Source: Blepharisma stoltei ATCC 30299
Lineage: Eukaryota > Protista > Ciliophora
Assembly: GCA_965603825.1 (NCBI GenBank)
Contig: CBFDEM010000018.1
Location: forward strand, 186,001-250,000
Direction: 5' to 3'
DNA length: 64,000 bases
A program made the translations under genes and the position numbers. Below, in pieces: positions 47,777 through 59,246 of the stretch; the first letter of the stretch is position 1; each line of letters opens with the position of its first letter. Below the pieces are notes generated by a model that saw only the letters and a program-made list of their open reading frames with translations, did not search any database and was not told where the DNA came from.

Positions 47777-49273
47777 ATGGAAAACGATGAAACCACGAAT
47801 TTTGAGATTTTATCTGCAAACGATAAAAGCTTTGAAGTGCTATCAGGAGAAATTTGTCAAGAAAATCAGAATGAAAAAGAAGTTGAAATAATTTATGCTA
47901 ACCAAATTTTTGATGTCTTAGAAAATGTAATGGCCACTCTAAATTTAGAAGAAAGAAGACTTAGAATGAGTAGCGATGAATTTTACATTGCAACTGAAGG
48001 GAATGAAGAAATAGAAAAAGATAAAGAAGCAGCCAAGCAAGAGGAAGTAAACTATTACCCTGCCTGCAATGATGAAACAAATTGGTTTTCAAAATTCGGC
48101 ACAAATATTCGATATAAATTAGAAGACATTGAAAATATGCCGATTTTTGGATACGATAAAGCAGATTTTGATGAGAATTGTAGCGATATTGTACTTTTGG
48201 CTAGAATTTATAGAATATCTGCAGGGAAGCTTTATAAGAGAAATAGCTTTGTAATTGGAAATCCTAGATGCTTGAAAAAGAAGTTTTTTGATGATTTTAA
48301 AAAATTGATATGAGTTACATATAGATCAGGGTTTAGGCCTCTTCAATCTCGAGAAGGAGGCTCTGTGAAATCTTTTACATCTGATGTAGGCTGGGGCTGC
48401 ACTATTAGGGTTGGACAAATGATGCTTCTAAATACCCTTAAAAGACACTTGAAAGGTAGCACAACAGAAATAGATCTCCTAAAACTAATCCAGGAAAATT
48501 CTTTTTCAGCTGGCTTTTCTCTTCATAAGTTTATGGAAATTAGCCACGAGTTTCTAAAAAAACCTGGGGATTGGCATTCTCCTTCAATGGTAAGCCACTT
48601 TATTGAAAAATTATCAGAAATAAATCAGATACCTAATTTCAAGGTAAAAGTATTTATGGATTCAATGCTGTATAGAGACCAAGTTTATGCAATTGCAACT
48701 GAGAAACCTATAGAAGAAATAAGAAAAATTTGCATATGCCCAGATGATAAAGATGAAGTAATTAAATTTGAAAAGGTGGGAGATATTATATGCTCTATGT
48801 GCAATAAAAAAACAAGTGATTATACATGAAAGAATTCTGTCTTACTTATATTTCCCCTTATGCTTGGCTTTAAGAAGATTCAGCCTGAGTATAGTGAAAC
48901 AATAAAATTTTTCTTATCTCTTCCACAAACTGCAGGAGCCATTGGAGGAAAACCAAGATCAGCTTTGTATCTGGTAGGGTATCAAGGAAATTCTTTGTTG
49001 TTTTTAGACCCTCATTTTGTTCAGCCATCACTTACAGGTATTGAAGAACTGTCTAGTAGCATTGATAGCTATCATTGCGATTCGCCCAAACTTATTCCTA
49101 TAAACTCTGCTGAAAGCTCAATTTCTCTTTGCTTTTATATTAAAGATGAACTTGAGTTCAATAAATTTCTAGATAAAATAGAAGAAAATAGAAGATTAAT
49201 CCATGGAGTTATTTTGGTAAAGAATCAAGAATTAAAGCAGAGTAATGAAGAAATGCTATTTTTTCAAAATTAA
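47777..49273 (+). CDS. ATG4: Cysteine protease Atg4 (peptidase C54, ~498 aa)
   Basis: I[TGA]VTYRSGF, SDVGWGCTIRVGQM (catalytic Cys), GGKPRSALY.VG, LDPH; TGA at 48311 and 48827. Confidence 0.95.
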
Positions 49274-49379
49274 ATGAAAATTTAATTATAGTATGTGCTT
49301 AATTTTAAGTTTATAAATAATCTCAAAAAAGACTTTTTTGTTTAATAAATATTTAGCAAAAATAATATTAAGATAAAAA

Positions 49380-50585
49380 ATGAGACAAGGTGGAAACTCT
49401 TCAACTGAAGTCAGCATTGTCCCAATTGATTCTGAGAAGCCAAAACAGGTAAATTTATATCAAATTTCTGCCAGAAAATCAAGATGGGAAGACGGAGATT
49501 CATTCAGAGTAAGCAAAAGAAATTCTGAGCTCGTTAACACAAGTAAGGGTATTCAATATTCCAGATGAAGTATTGATAAAACATTCACCCCTCCACCATT
49601 AACACATATACCTGAATTTTTAACAAAAGACCAGCTTGAACTTATACTCAGACAAGCAAGAATTGAAGACATTTCACGTAGACTTACAGCAAATGACTAT
49701 GAGATTCAAGATATTGAAATCAGATCACCTTCTCCAGAACCTATTTACGATCCTAAAACAGGCCAAAGAGTAAACACTCGCGAATCAAGAGCTAAAGAAA
49801 AACTTCTTAAAGAAAGAAACTTGTGTATAGAAGAATGCTTAAAAATTGATCCACAATATAAGCCGCCTGCAGATTATAAACCACCTAAAGCTATGAGGAA
49901 ATTATATATTCCTCAATATGGAACCGCTCCTCCACAAAGCTATGTAACTTTAATATTAGGGCCTCGCGGAAAAACGCAAAAAGCACTTGAAAAGAAAACT
50001 AATTGTAAAATTTATATACGTGGCAAAGGTGCTTCAAGAGGAAAAAACTATAATTTTGAAAGCGAAGAAGAGCCAATGCACGTTTTAATTATCTCAGACT
50101 CAGAGCACGATCTAGAAAAATGTGTCTCAATTTTAGAACCGATTTTGAATGGACATCTAGACGATGAAGAAAATAAGAAAAATCGATATGAGCTAATGAA
50201 GCTTGGAGCTGAAAATAGGCTTTCGATTGGCTATAAAACAGACTGGTGTGACCTTTGTGGAGAGCAAGGACATAAGAGATATTGCTGCCCAAGCCGTCCT
50301 TTGGCATTAGGTTGAAATCAGCAGTGTGAAATATGCAATGAGAAAACTCATTTTACTGAAGACTGCCCTACAAAGAAAAGGAAGAAAAAAACAATTGAAG
50401 AACAATTAGAAGAGCTTAATAGAATTTCTGGGACTAATATGCAGCTTTCTCAAAATGATATTATGATGATTAAAGCTTATAAAGTGCAGCAAAAAGCACT
50501 CAAACAAAGCCAAGTTGATGAAATCCCTGAAACTGTTGTAGAGGAAGAAGATCTATTGCCGCCAGGAGTTGACCCAAGATATTAG
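49380..50585 (+). CDS. SF1: Splicing factor 1 / branchpoint-bridging protein (~401 aa)
   Basis: RKSRW, RSPSPEPIYD..G.RVNTRE, KH domain LILGPRGKTQKALE...IRGKGA, two zinc knuckles; TGA at 49566 and 50313; TAG stop. Confidence 0.93.
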
Positions 50586-50587
50586 TT

Positions 50588-51166
50588 TTAAATTAATTTC
50601 TTAGATTTTAAGTATTTCTGGAAATAAACTATTTGGAGGATTGATATCAAAATCAGCATAACTATTGTAAAAGCTGTGTAGTAAATAACCCGAGAATATA
50701 TAGTCTCATTTGTATTTCTCATTTCCTCTTCACGCTCTCTTATATATTGAAGCTCATTATGAAGCTGCTTTATATACTCCTGGACTATTTGAAGCTGGAC
50801 TTTTGAAACATCTAATGATTTTACAGATAATGGATCTGATGGTTTTTTGGCATCTATTCCTATTCTGATATCGAGGGACACTGAAATTTCGGAAGGGCTT
50901 TGATTTTCAATGCATAAATGATATGTACCGTCGTTTGCTGCTGTGTAGTTTAAATTATCATAGTGAGTGCTTGGAGCTTCATGAATTTGATCGACGTCTT
51001 TATAAGAAAATCTTGTCCAAATTGTGCCAGATTTTTGCAGTACCTGTGTTTCATATCAGAATAATGTACCTTTTGTGAGTTCTTCACTGAAGCATCTTAT
51101 AGTTTGTTTGCGAATTGAAAATTCAAAACTATTTACACCGAGAAATAGGGAAATAAATATAAGCAT
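50588..51166 (-). CDS. p24/emp24/gp25L (GOLD domain) cargo receptor (~192 aa)
   Basis: Signal peptide, RCFSEEL, GTYHLCIEN, REEEMRNTNETIYSRV, TM, KSKKLI tail; TGA at 51056. Confidence 0.92.
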
Positions 51167-51284
51167 AATTATTCTTATAAATATCATTACTTAATAGGAT
51201 AATATTAAAGGAAAGCACCAAAGACATATAAAAATTAAAAAATGAGACTCAATTCATTTAATTAGAATTTTAAAATTATCTAAT

Positions 51285-52448
51285 ATGCACAAAGCTCGTC
51301 AAGAAAGAGCTGCTCTTATGGAGCAAGCTAAAAAGAATCAAGAAAAAGCTAAAAAGCCACAGAAAACCACTTCATCTTCATTTAATCCTACAAGTTCTCG
51401 AGGCGAGCCAATCTATTACTCAGCAACAAAAATGGACGGAATGGGACTTTGGTGTCAGCCAGTAGGGACAAATCCTGCTCCCAAGCCTGACCCTCTACCT
51501 CAGCCTGATCTCACCTCTGACATTGACTCCAAAATTCACAAAGAAATGGTCGAAGTCCTCCAAAAAAAATGTTCCTCATTAGGCATTAAACTTGATCAAG
51601 AAAAAATCGCAAAACAGCAAGCAGAATTCAATTTGAATCAAATCCAGTCAAAATTAAACGAAATTTCTGAAGAAAAAACAAGCCTAGAAAATCAAATAAA
51701 AGGCTTAGAAGACAGAATTAAACAATTAGAAACTGAAATGGACGAGCAATGTGTATACCAAAATTACGCACAAACACAAATAGCATCACTTCAAAAAGAA
51801 GCTGAAAATGAAAGGGAAAGAGCTGAGAGCTATAATAAATTATATGAGCAAGAAACTAAATTAAAAGAAGAAGAAACAACTGAGTATCAACAAGAGGTCG
51901 AAGCCTTAAGAGCACAGCTTGAAGGTCTAGTTGAAGAAAATAGTCAAGTGAAAGAATATTTAGCCCATTTGCAAGCAGAAAATGAAAAATTATATGAAGA
52001 AAGAGACAGCTTAGGTCAGAAATTTGTTAAAGAAATGACATCAGGGCAAACTCAGGAAGAAAAAGCTAAAATAAAAGCAACCAAAATGAATTTATTGTCA
52101 GGAGAAAACAGGGCTCTACAAGTGAAAGTAAAGGAGCTGGAAGAAGCAAGAAAGAAAAATCAAGAAATTATGAAGAAAAAAGAGGAGGAAATTAAAGTGT
52201 TAAAAAGTGAAAATGATAGCCTAAAAAATAGGATAAAGACAGAGCAAGAAATGAGGAAGCATCAAATTGATTTGGTTGCACAAAGAGACTCTAAGTTAAA
52301 GATACTTGAAGAAAGATATGCAAAGTTAGACCAGCAATTCCAACAATTATTGAAAGAGCATCAGGATAATAAACTAAATGGACAAAAAGCTGCGCCAAAG
52401 CCAAAGCTTGTATCTGTTCAAGCAAGGCCTGAACTTTTTGAAGATTAA
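51285..52448 (+). CDS. Coiled-coil protein (387 aa)
   Basis: Long E/K/Q-rich heptad ORF, ATG-TAA. Confidence 0.85.
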   Translation: MHKARQERAALMEQAKKNQEKAKKPQKTTSSSFNPTSSRGEPIYYSATKMDGMGLWCQPVGTNPAPKPDPLPQPDLTSDIDSKIHKEMVEVLQKKCSSLGIKLDQEKIAKQQAEFNLNQIQSKLNEISEEKTSLENQIKGLEDRIKQLETEMDEQCVYQNYAQTQIASLQKEAENERERAESYNKLYEQETKLKEEETTEYQQEVEALRAQLEGLVEENSQVKEYLAHLQAENEKLYEERDSLGQKFVKEMTSGQTQEEKAKIKATKMNLLSGENRALQVKVKELEEARKKNQEIMKKKEEEIKVLKSENDSLKNRIKTEQEMRKHQIDLVAQRDSKLKILEERYAKLDQQFQQLLKEHQDNKLNGQKAAPKPKLVSVQARPELFED

Positions 52449-52840
52449 TGCTAAGCTTATTTGATTTTATAAGCTGATTAATAAATCCTTTTATAAATTT
52501 TCGAATAAATATGCGAATTATTGCTATATTTGAAAATCATAATTTCCATTAGCATAATATCCAATTTATCTACAATTTTGTTAATTCAACCTTATAGATT
52601 ATTTCACATTTATATGCTTTTTTCTTGTAAACTCATGTATATTTTCCATAAAATTAAATAAGATGATTGGGCACTTTATAATTGCTATATTTCATTAGAT
52701 AGTATAATAGAAATGCGATTGATTTTCAATACCCTAATAATCAAAAACTCAAAAGAATTTCAATTTTTTCCATAAAAATTCCTAATTGCATCTAAAATTA
52801 ATACCTATACATAATTTGCTTCACATTCATTAGTAAAACA

Positions 52841-54106
52841 ATGGCTGACCAAACTTACTTCGTTGAAAAGAACATAGAGCAACTATTTGAAACTCTAATG
52901 GAAGCAGTTGTGACTGCAAAGCCCGAAAATCCACGTCAATTCCTTGCAGCACAGCTTCAAGATGATCGTTCCATTTCATTCCAAGACTTTCTAGCACTCT
53001 TTAATGCTGTTTCCAAAATTTCAGCTGAAACCAACCCTCGGCTTGCATTCAATAGAATTATTGAAGAGACCTGTAAACTTCTCCATTGCGAAAGGGCAAG
53101 CCTTTTTATTCATGACCCAGGCCAAAAATGTTTAAAGCTCGTTGTAGGAAAAGGTGCTAAAGGTTTAGTTTTGTATGAGAACTCAGGGTTTACTTGGACT
53201 GTATTCAATACAAAGCAATGCGTAAATATCCCTGATGTTTATTCTGATCAAAGATTTGACTGCTCTGTAGACTTAAATACAGGTTTCGTATCAAAATCTA
53301 TGCTTGGAGTACCTATTCTAAACCAAGAAAGACACCCTATTGGAGTTTTACTTGCCTTAAATAAGTCGACTGGAGCTTTTTCTGAAAAAGATGAAGAAAT
53401 AATCCAAATTCTTGCAAGCCAAGCTGGGATTTCTATAAGGAATGCTTATTACTATCAAGAAGCAATTTATAATGAAAATAAAACGAAAATATTGCTCAAT
53501 TTCATCAAGAACTTGAGCAAGGATCAACCAGGGCTGCCTTTAGCTTTAGAATTGGCAAAGCGTGCAGGAGAATTAATCAATGCTGATAGATGCCATATAT
53601 TTTTAGTTGATAAAAGCTCTGAAAAGCTTTTATTAATTGCAGCTGACTCTGAGGTTGATTTCAAGCTTCCATTAAATTCAGGACTTGTTTCATATGCAGC
53701 GACTACTGGAGAAACAGTTAATGTGCTAAACGCTTACGAAGACCCAAGAAATATACCTGATTTTGATCAAATTTTCAGCTACCATACTCAGTCACTTATG
53801 GCTGTACCTATCAAACGTAATGAACAAGTTATAGGAGTTATTCAAGTGACGAATAAACGTTATCATAATGTTTTTGGTGATATTGAAATCTATGATTCTT
53901 TCACCAAAGAGGATGAAAAACTGCTACTTGTCTTTGGAGAAGTTATAGCAAAAAAACTAAAAAATTCGTTTAGGCTACTTTTAGATGTTACCCCTGTGAC
54001 AGAAGATGTGTCGAAGTTTGAAAGCAGCTTTGGAAAGAGAAAGAGCGAGCCTGAAGAAGACAGTCCTGCGATGCAAGTAATCAAAGAGGAGAAAGAGACA
54101 GAATAA
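52841..54106 (+). CDS. RIIa/Dpy-30-like docking domain + tandem GAF domains, no catalytic domain
   Basis: N-terminal YFVEKNIEQLFETLMEAVVTAKPENPRQFLAAQL; two GAF domains with NK...F...DE motifs; TAA followed by an AT-rich spacer. Confidence 0.85.
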   Translation: MADQTYFVEKNIEQLFETLMEAVVTAKPENPRQFLAAQLQDDRSISFQDFLALFNAVSKISAETNPRLAFNRIIEETCKLLHCERASLFIHDPGQKCLKLVVGKGAKGLVLYENSGFTWTVFNTKQCVNIPDVYSDQRFDCSVDLNTGFVSKSMLGVPILNQERHPIGVLLALNKSTGAFSEKDEEIIQILASQAGISIRNAYYYQEAIYNENKTKILLNFIKNLSKDQPGLPLALELAKRAGELINADRCHIFLVDKSSEKLLLIAADSEVDFKLPLNSGLVSYAATTGETVNVLNAYEDPRNIPDFDQIFSYHTQSLMAVPIKRNEQVIGVIQVTNKRYHNVFGDIEIYDSFTKEDEKLLLVFGEVIAKKLKNSFRLLLDVTPVTEDVSKFESSFGKRKSEPEEDSPAMQVIKEEKETE

Positions 54107-54669
54107 TTAAATTCTTGCACAAAATCAATAATTTTATATTAGCTACTAAATATTTAGCAGAGGCTCTAAATAAATTTTTAAGAGATTAATTAATTTTTAT
54201 TGTCTAATGGTATAATTAATTTATAATTTTAAGCTAATAATTTGAATTGGCTTATTAGATACTTAAAAAATCTCTTTACAAATAAAGCAATAAAGTCTAA
54301 GAATTCAATTGGAAGAAAAATCAAGAACAGTCTAGGTCATGAGTCATAAGCATTTCGCATGCATTGATTATTTTATTTAATGTCCAATCTTGTATAATGG
54401 GTAATTATCAAAAAATCTAGCCTAATCAATAAACCTATTTTTTATTGAGAAATATGAAATTCCGAATATTTGGTATTAGATTATTACAAGAAAGAAGGGA
54501 ATATGCAATTTTGAGTCTGCGAAATCAATATATACATTAAATTTAAATTGCGAACTACACTTATAATTAGGCATTAATAACAAGGACGTCAAATATTCCA
54601 ATATTTTTAATGTTTACGTTAAATTTCAAAGCAAGCTTGCTTTGAGATAAGTCTGAGTCCTAAATCTTA

Positions 54670-55113
54670 TTACTCAAGATTATATTTATGCTGTTCAGAA
54701 TTGAGATGATTTTTATATCCTATATCATCAATCCTGACTAAACAGCTCAAGCAAGTCAAAATTTTTCTTTGTGTTACTCCATCTATATTATTCAGCTTAA
54801 ACCTACTTCCATCATCTGCTACAAAAATATCTCCTACACGAACTTCTTCAGGTATTTCAAAACTTCCATAAGAGTCTTCATCTGCGACCTCTTCGTCAGA
54901 ATATTTATAAGAATCATCAGCAATATCTTTTTCTATTTCACTTTCTGAGCTCTTACTACTCAAATCTTCGACTGCTTGCTTTTTCATAGCAATTTTCCTT
55001 TTCCCTTCGTCATGTTTCAACCCTTTCACATATTCTATTAGCATTTTAGCTCGATAAATTTCGATTGTACTGTCTTTGGAACTTTCTCTATCATTGCAAG
55101 CACATGAACCCAT
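54670..55113 (-). CDS. Small N-acylated protein with C-terminal C2H2-type zinc finger
   Basis: MGSCAC start; CLSC...HLNSEQH (U1/matrin-like spacing). Confidence 0.7.
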   Translation of the reverse strand: MGSCACNDRESSKDSTIEIYRAKMLIEYVKGLKHDEGKRKIAMKKQAVEDLSSKSSESEIEKDIADDSYKYSDEEVADEDSYGSFEIPEEVRVGDIFVADDGSRFKLNNIDGVTQRKILTCLSCLVRIDDIGYKNHLNSEQHKYNLE

Positions 55114-55493
55114 ACTATTTTTTTTGAAAAATTTTATATATTTTGCGATGCTGGTGATATATTACTCGAGGATTCTAATGCGTTTTATTAAGCTTCAAGA
55201 GATACTAGCATTTACTTTAGAAGGTACAAGAATAAAAGGAAAAGCTGGCTCTAAGCGAAGCGGATAATATTAATATAGACTAATTTTAACGGAAATCACT
55301 AAAAATATTATATATAAAGTTAGAATATTAATAAGAAAAACTTTATAGAAGATTGCTACTATATTAATTGCATGTGATTTTTGAAACTTATAATTTTATA
55401 AAAAGGCTTTGGAGAATTTTTTTGTATCTAAAATTACTCAACGATCAATCAAGCAATTATTTATATATGTAAATAAATGCATTATATAATCAC

Positions 55494-56178
55494 TTAACTT
55501 GCTTTCATATATACCAAAAACATCAGGCAAGCAGAGAGCAAAATCATAATTCCATATACAATAAGTTTATTTTGTATAGCCCTACTTTGCATCAGTGATA
55601 TCAAGCGGTTACCTTTGGTAAGATTTTCATTCACCTCCCTATTCCTTTGAATTGACCTTTGAATGGTCTCACGCTGATTTTTCAGCTCTGAAAGTGCTTC
55701 GATAGAAGAATTCTCAGCTTCAAGAGCATATTTTTTAGCTTCAAAAATCAATCCTTCTTGCTGTATAAACAAGCTATTTGCTCCCAAAAGTCTTTCTTTT
55801 TGCTCATTATTGTTTTTCTACATAAATCTTTACTTTATTCAAGCTTGTTCCCATCAGCATTTCTTTTGATTTCTGATCACTGATAAGGGCTTGCTCTTGT
55901 CTTATTTGTCTTTTTGCTATTTCCAAATCATTTCTAAATTTTCTAATTTCTTGCTGTAAAGACTGTCTTGAGTTTGCAGGCATCATAGAGGTTTCGATTT
56001 CCATTTGCCTTAGCTATATGATTCTTACGCATTTTTCAGCTTCTATTATATCTTTTTCTATTTTGCTCATTATTGATCCATTAGTTTCTTGACTCTGGAA
56101 TTGTGATTGCAATTCTGATTTGATTAGATTCATGTAATCACAGAAATCCTTTTCAAAACTCAAAAATAACTCAGACAT
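55494..56178 (-). CDS. VTI1: Qb-SNARE Vti1 (~217 aa, 2 introns)
   Basis: MSELFLSFEKDF start; introns 56014-56028 and 55818-55833 join three ORFs; QMEIE, EL..QRETI SNARE motif, C-terminal TM. Confidence 0.92.
55818..55833 (-). other. 16-nt intron (gtaaagatttatgtag)
   Basis: Removal corrects the frame to give EQKERLL of Vti1. Confidence 0.92.
56014..56028 (-). other. 15-nt intron (gtaagaatcatatag)
   Basis: In-frame TAG; removal gives EAEKC|LRQMEIE. Confidence 0.93.
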
Positions 56179-56363
56179 TTTATTTTTTTGAGACTTTAAA
56201 TCACTACAATAAATCTCAAGCAAAAAAGCGTTTTATATTAAGCTCTCTCTATTTTGATTAGAGATATATGAGGTAGGAAGAAATAAAAGGAAACATTATT
56301 GCAATTATTATAGAAAGAATTAAAATAAAAGTTTTCCAATTTTTAGGCATTATAAAATAAATC

Positions 56364-56894
56364 ATGGGATGTTCTGGAAGTTCTAGTGTAAAAGTTTCTG
56401 CTTCAACTAGCGCAATTAATAGCAAAACAGAAAATAAGCCATCAATAGAGCCTACAATACAGCCAAACAGCTCTAAAAATGCAACTTCTACGTCAACTAA
56501 AAAGCAAAATGATCCGAATTCAGGGAAAATAGTTCAAGTTGAAAATCATTGGGCGATAATGCCAGTTTTAAATTTAAGAGCCAAACTAAAAACTTTATTT
56601 GCTGAAGTAAAGAAGAAAAAGCTCAATCCTGAAGATTCAATGGAAACACTTAGAACAATTTTAAAAAATATTTCAAATAATTTTGAAGAAGAAAAATACA
56701 AGTCAATTAGAAAAGCCAATAAAAGATTCAACGAAACAATAGGGCAATTTCCATCAGGAATTTCACTAATGCAGTCTTTAGGGTTTCGAGATGAAGAAGA
56801 AAATGTTATCTTCGCTCCAGGATTGCCACGAAGCCATGTAATGAATAAAATGCATGACTTAGAAATAGCTTATAGAAAGCTAAATGAAACATAA
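56364..56894 (+). CDS. N-acylated PUB-domain protein
   Basis: MGCSGS start; TL..ILKNI.NN..EEKYKSIRKAN..F...G..LM..LGF. Confidence 0.82.
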   Translation: MGCSGSSSVKVSASTSAINSKTENKPSIEPTIQPNSSKNATSTSTKKQNDPNSGKIVQVENHWAIMPVLNLRAKLKTLFAEVKKKKLNPEDSMETLRTILKNISNNFEEEKYKSIRKANKRFNETIGQFPSGISLMQSLGFRDEEENVIFAPGLPRSHVMNKMHDLEIAYRKLNET

Positions 56895-56954
56895 CTATAC
56901 ACAAGCATTTTATGTATTTAAATTCATACCCCAATAAATAGATTTTAGCAAAAA

Positions 56955-59015
56955 ATGGGCACACTAGCATCACACTCTCTTTTTGACGAAGATTTTGATG
57001 AACTAGGAACTGAGCAAAATCGCCAAGAATTAGAAGTTTATGCAGATAAATTCGAGGCAATGTTTGATGACATCCAAAACTATGAGCTACCTGATGAATT
57101 AATAGATGAAATTGAAGCTGCATTCAATGAGTTGTTGTGTTTAAAACAAGAAAATATTTTACTCAAAAAGCAAGCTCAACGACAGAGGGAAATTCAAGAA
57201 ATCTTGAGATTTAAAAAAGCAAATGAAGAAATCACACAGAGGAAATCTAGAGGAAGCAAAGAAAACAAAATTTTGAAAAATACTGGAAATCTGGGAAATA
57301 AAGAAAAATGGCAAAAAGTGAAGGATGAAAATAAAGAGGAAAATAAGGAAAATTTTATACAGCAGGTAAATTTTATATAGAAAAATAAAGGAAAGAGTTC
57401 TTCTACTCCAAGAAAACCAAACTGCATTAATACTTCACCACAAATAATCTCTATTTTGGGAGCTCAAAATCAATCAAAAGCTAAAGAAGAGAATCTAGCT
57501 CAAGGCATTAAAGTAATTGAAAAAGAGATAAAGCAGCCACTAAATGAAAATATAGCTCCTGACACTATTAATTCAAGCCTATGCCAAAATGAAAATATTC
57601 AAAATAAAAGTGTTTTAATTTCAACCGTCCCTGCATTACTAGAAAATAATTCAAACAGTACTCCTTTTCAATCTAATGTCGGAAAACCAATCCTCCAGCC
57701 TTGCAAAATTATTGCTTCTCCACCACCGCCACCACCAAATATTAAAACAGCTGTTCAGCCTCCACCCCCTCCACCTTTGCCTTCAAATACTCAGCCTATT
57801 CTTAACACAAATAAGAGCATCCCCCCTCCACCTCCTCCCTGCCAAGCCTTTGCTCCCCGTTTCAAAACTTTATTTTGGCCCAAAATTAACGAAAATACCA
57901 CAGGAACTGTTTTTGATTTTCCAAAGCCCCTATCTGCCAATTATGACATATTAAATAAATTTCCTTATGTTTTACCCAAAAAGATTCCTACTCCCAGCTC
58001 TGCAAAATCTAAGTCTCTTATTTCCCACAAGAGAGAAATCGCAATCTCCTCTGCTTTAAGAGCATTGAGCTTAGCTCCTGATCAAATAATCAGAAAGTTA
58101 ATAACCTGCTCTGCTGATTTGTGTGAAGACTATGAGAAGTTATCAATTCTTTATAGAGTTTTTCCTGAGGATGCTGAACTTCTGCCTTTGAAACATATCA
58201 AAATTAATGATGAATCTCAATACACTTCTTCAGAACTTTTTATGATCAAGCTTGCTGAAATCCCAAATTTAAAGCTTTTAGTAAACTCCATTTATTTCAA
58301 GTCCACATTCTATATAACTATAGAAGATTTAAAACTTTGCTTGCAAAACTGAAGCAGTCTATGCATAAGACTACTTAACAATTCTCGGCTAAAACATTTT
58401 GTAAACTTAGTGCTAACACTTGGTAACGAAATGAATAAAAATCATCCAAAGTTTGGCTCAGCCAAAGGCTTTAAAATTGAATATCTTAATGAGCTTTTCT
58501 CTATCAAAAGTGTAGATTCTTTATCGTTACTTGAGCTATTATCAGAACAGTTTAAATCTGAAAATAATGGAAATCCACAAATTTTTTCTTCAGCAGAGCT
58601 TGCACTTTTGCAGGAAATTTCTAATGCAAGCTTCACAGCTCTCCAATCAGCTCATATTGATTTTTATAAGCAATTTAGATCATTATCAAATATAAAATTC
58701 AATAAAGAATTTGATGAAAATATGGAAAATTTTGTTAGTGAAGTCATTGAAGACGTTGAAAACGAAATGAATATATATGAAAATTGTATGGAAAATGTGA
58801 AAAAATGTCATGAATATTTTTTAGAAAAGGAGGAAAAAGACGAAGAAGGCAGATTGATGATGTTTATAAATTTGAAAAAATTCAGTGAAAGCCATATTGA
58901 AATTTGTAAGCAAAAGTGGAATTATGTAAGTAGAGAAAGCAAGAGACTTACAGTGCTGCCAAGTGGGAAATTGTCGTTAAGAAGGGTAAGCAAAGTTAAT
59001 GGTATGAATAATTAA
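56955..59015 (+). CDS. Formin (FH1-FH2), ~681 aa, 1 intron
   Basis: Intron 57366-57380; polyproline FH1; KTLFWPKI, E.FM..L..IP, VLTLGNEMN, AKGFK; TGA at 58350. Confidence 0.88.
57366..57380 (+). other. 15-nt intron (gtaaattttatatag)
   Basis: In-frame TAG; removal joins the 56955 ORF to the FH1/FH2 frame. Confidence 0.85.
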
Positions 59016-59246
59016 TGAAATTAATTCAAATTTTGCATTATAATAAATTTTAAAATATTTTCCGTTGCAACGTATTAAATTTAAAATAGAATATGATATG
59101 ATAAGCTTCTATTTCAATTTTCTTTTAATTTAATATTAAGCTGATTTTATATTAAAATTTAACTATCAAATTTATCAAAGAATATTCAAGAACTAAAAAA
59201 GATGATTTTCAGAAACATTAATTAAACTTAATTATTCAACCCACAA

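Noticed and set aside
55146-55210. Short imperfect hairpin (atgctggt/actagcat) upstream of the 55113 gene
   Set aside because: Too short and AT-rich to separate from chance; no convincing snoRNA boxes.
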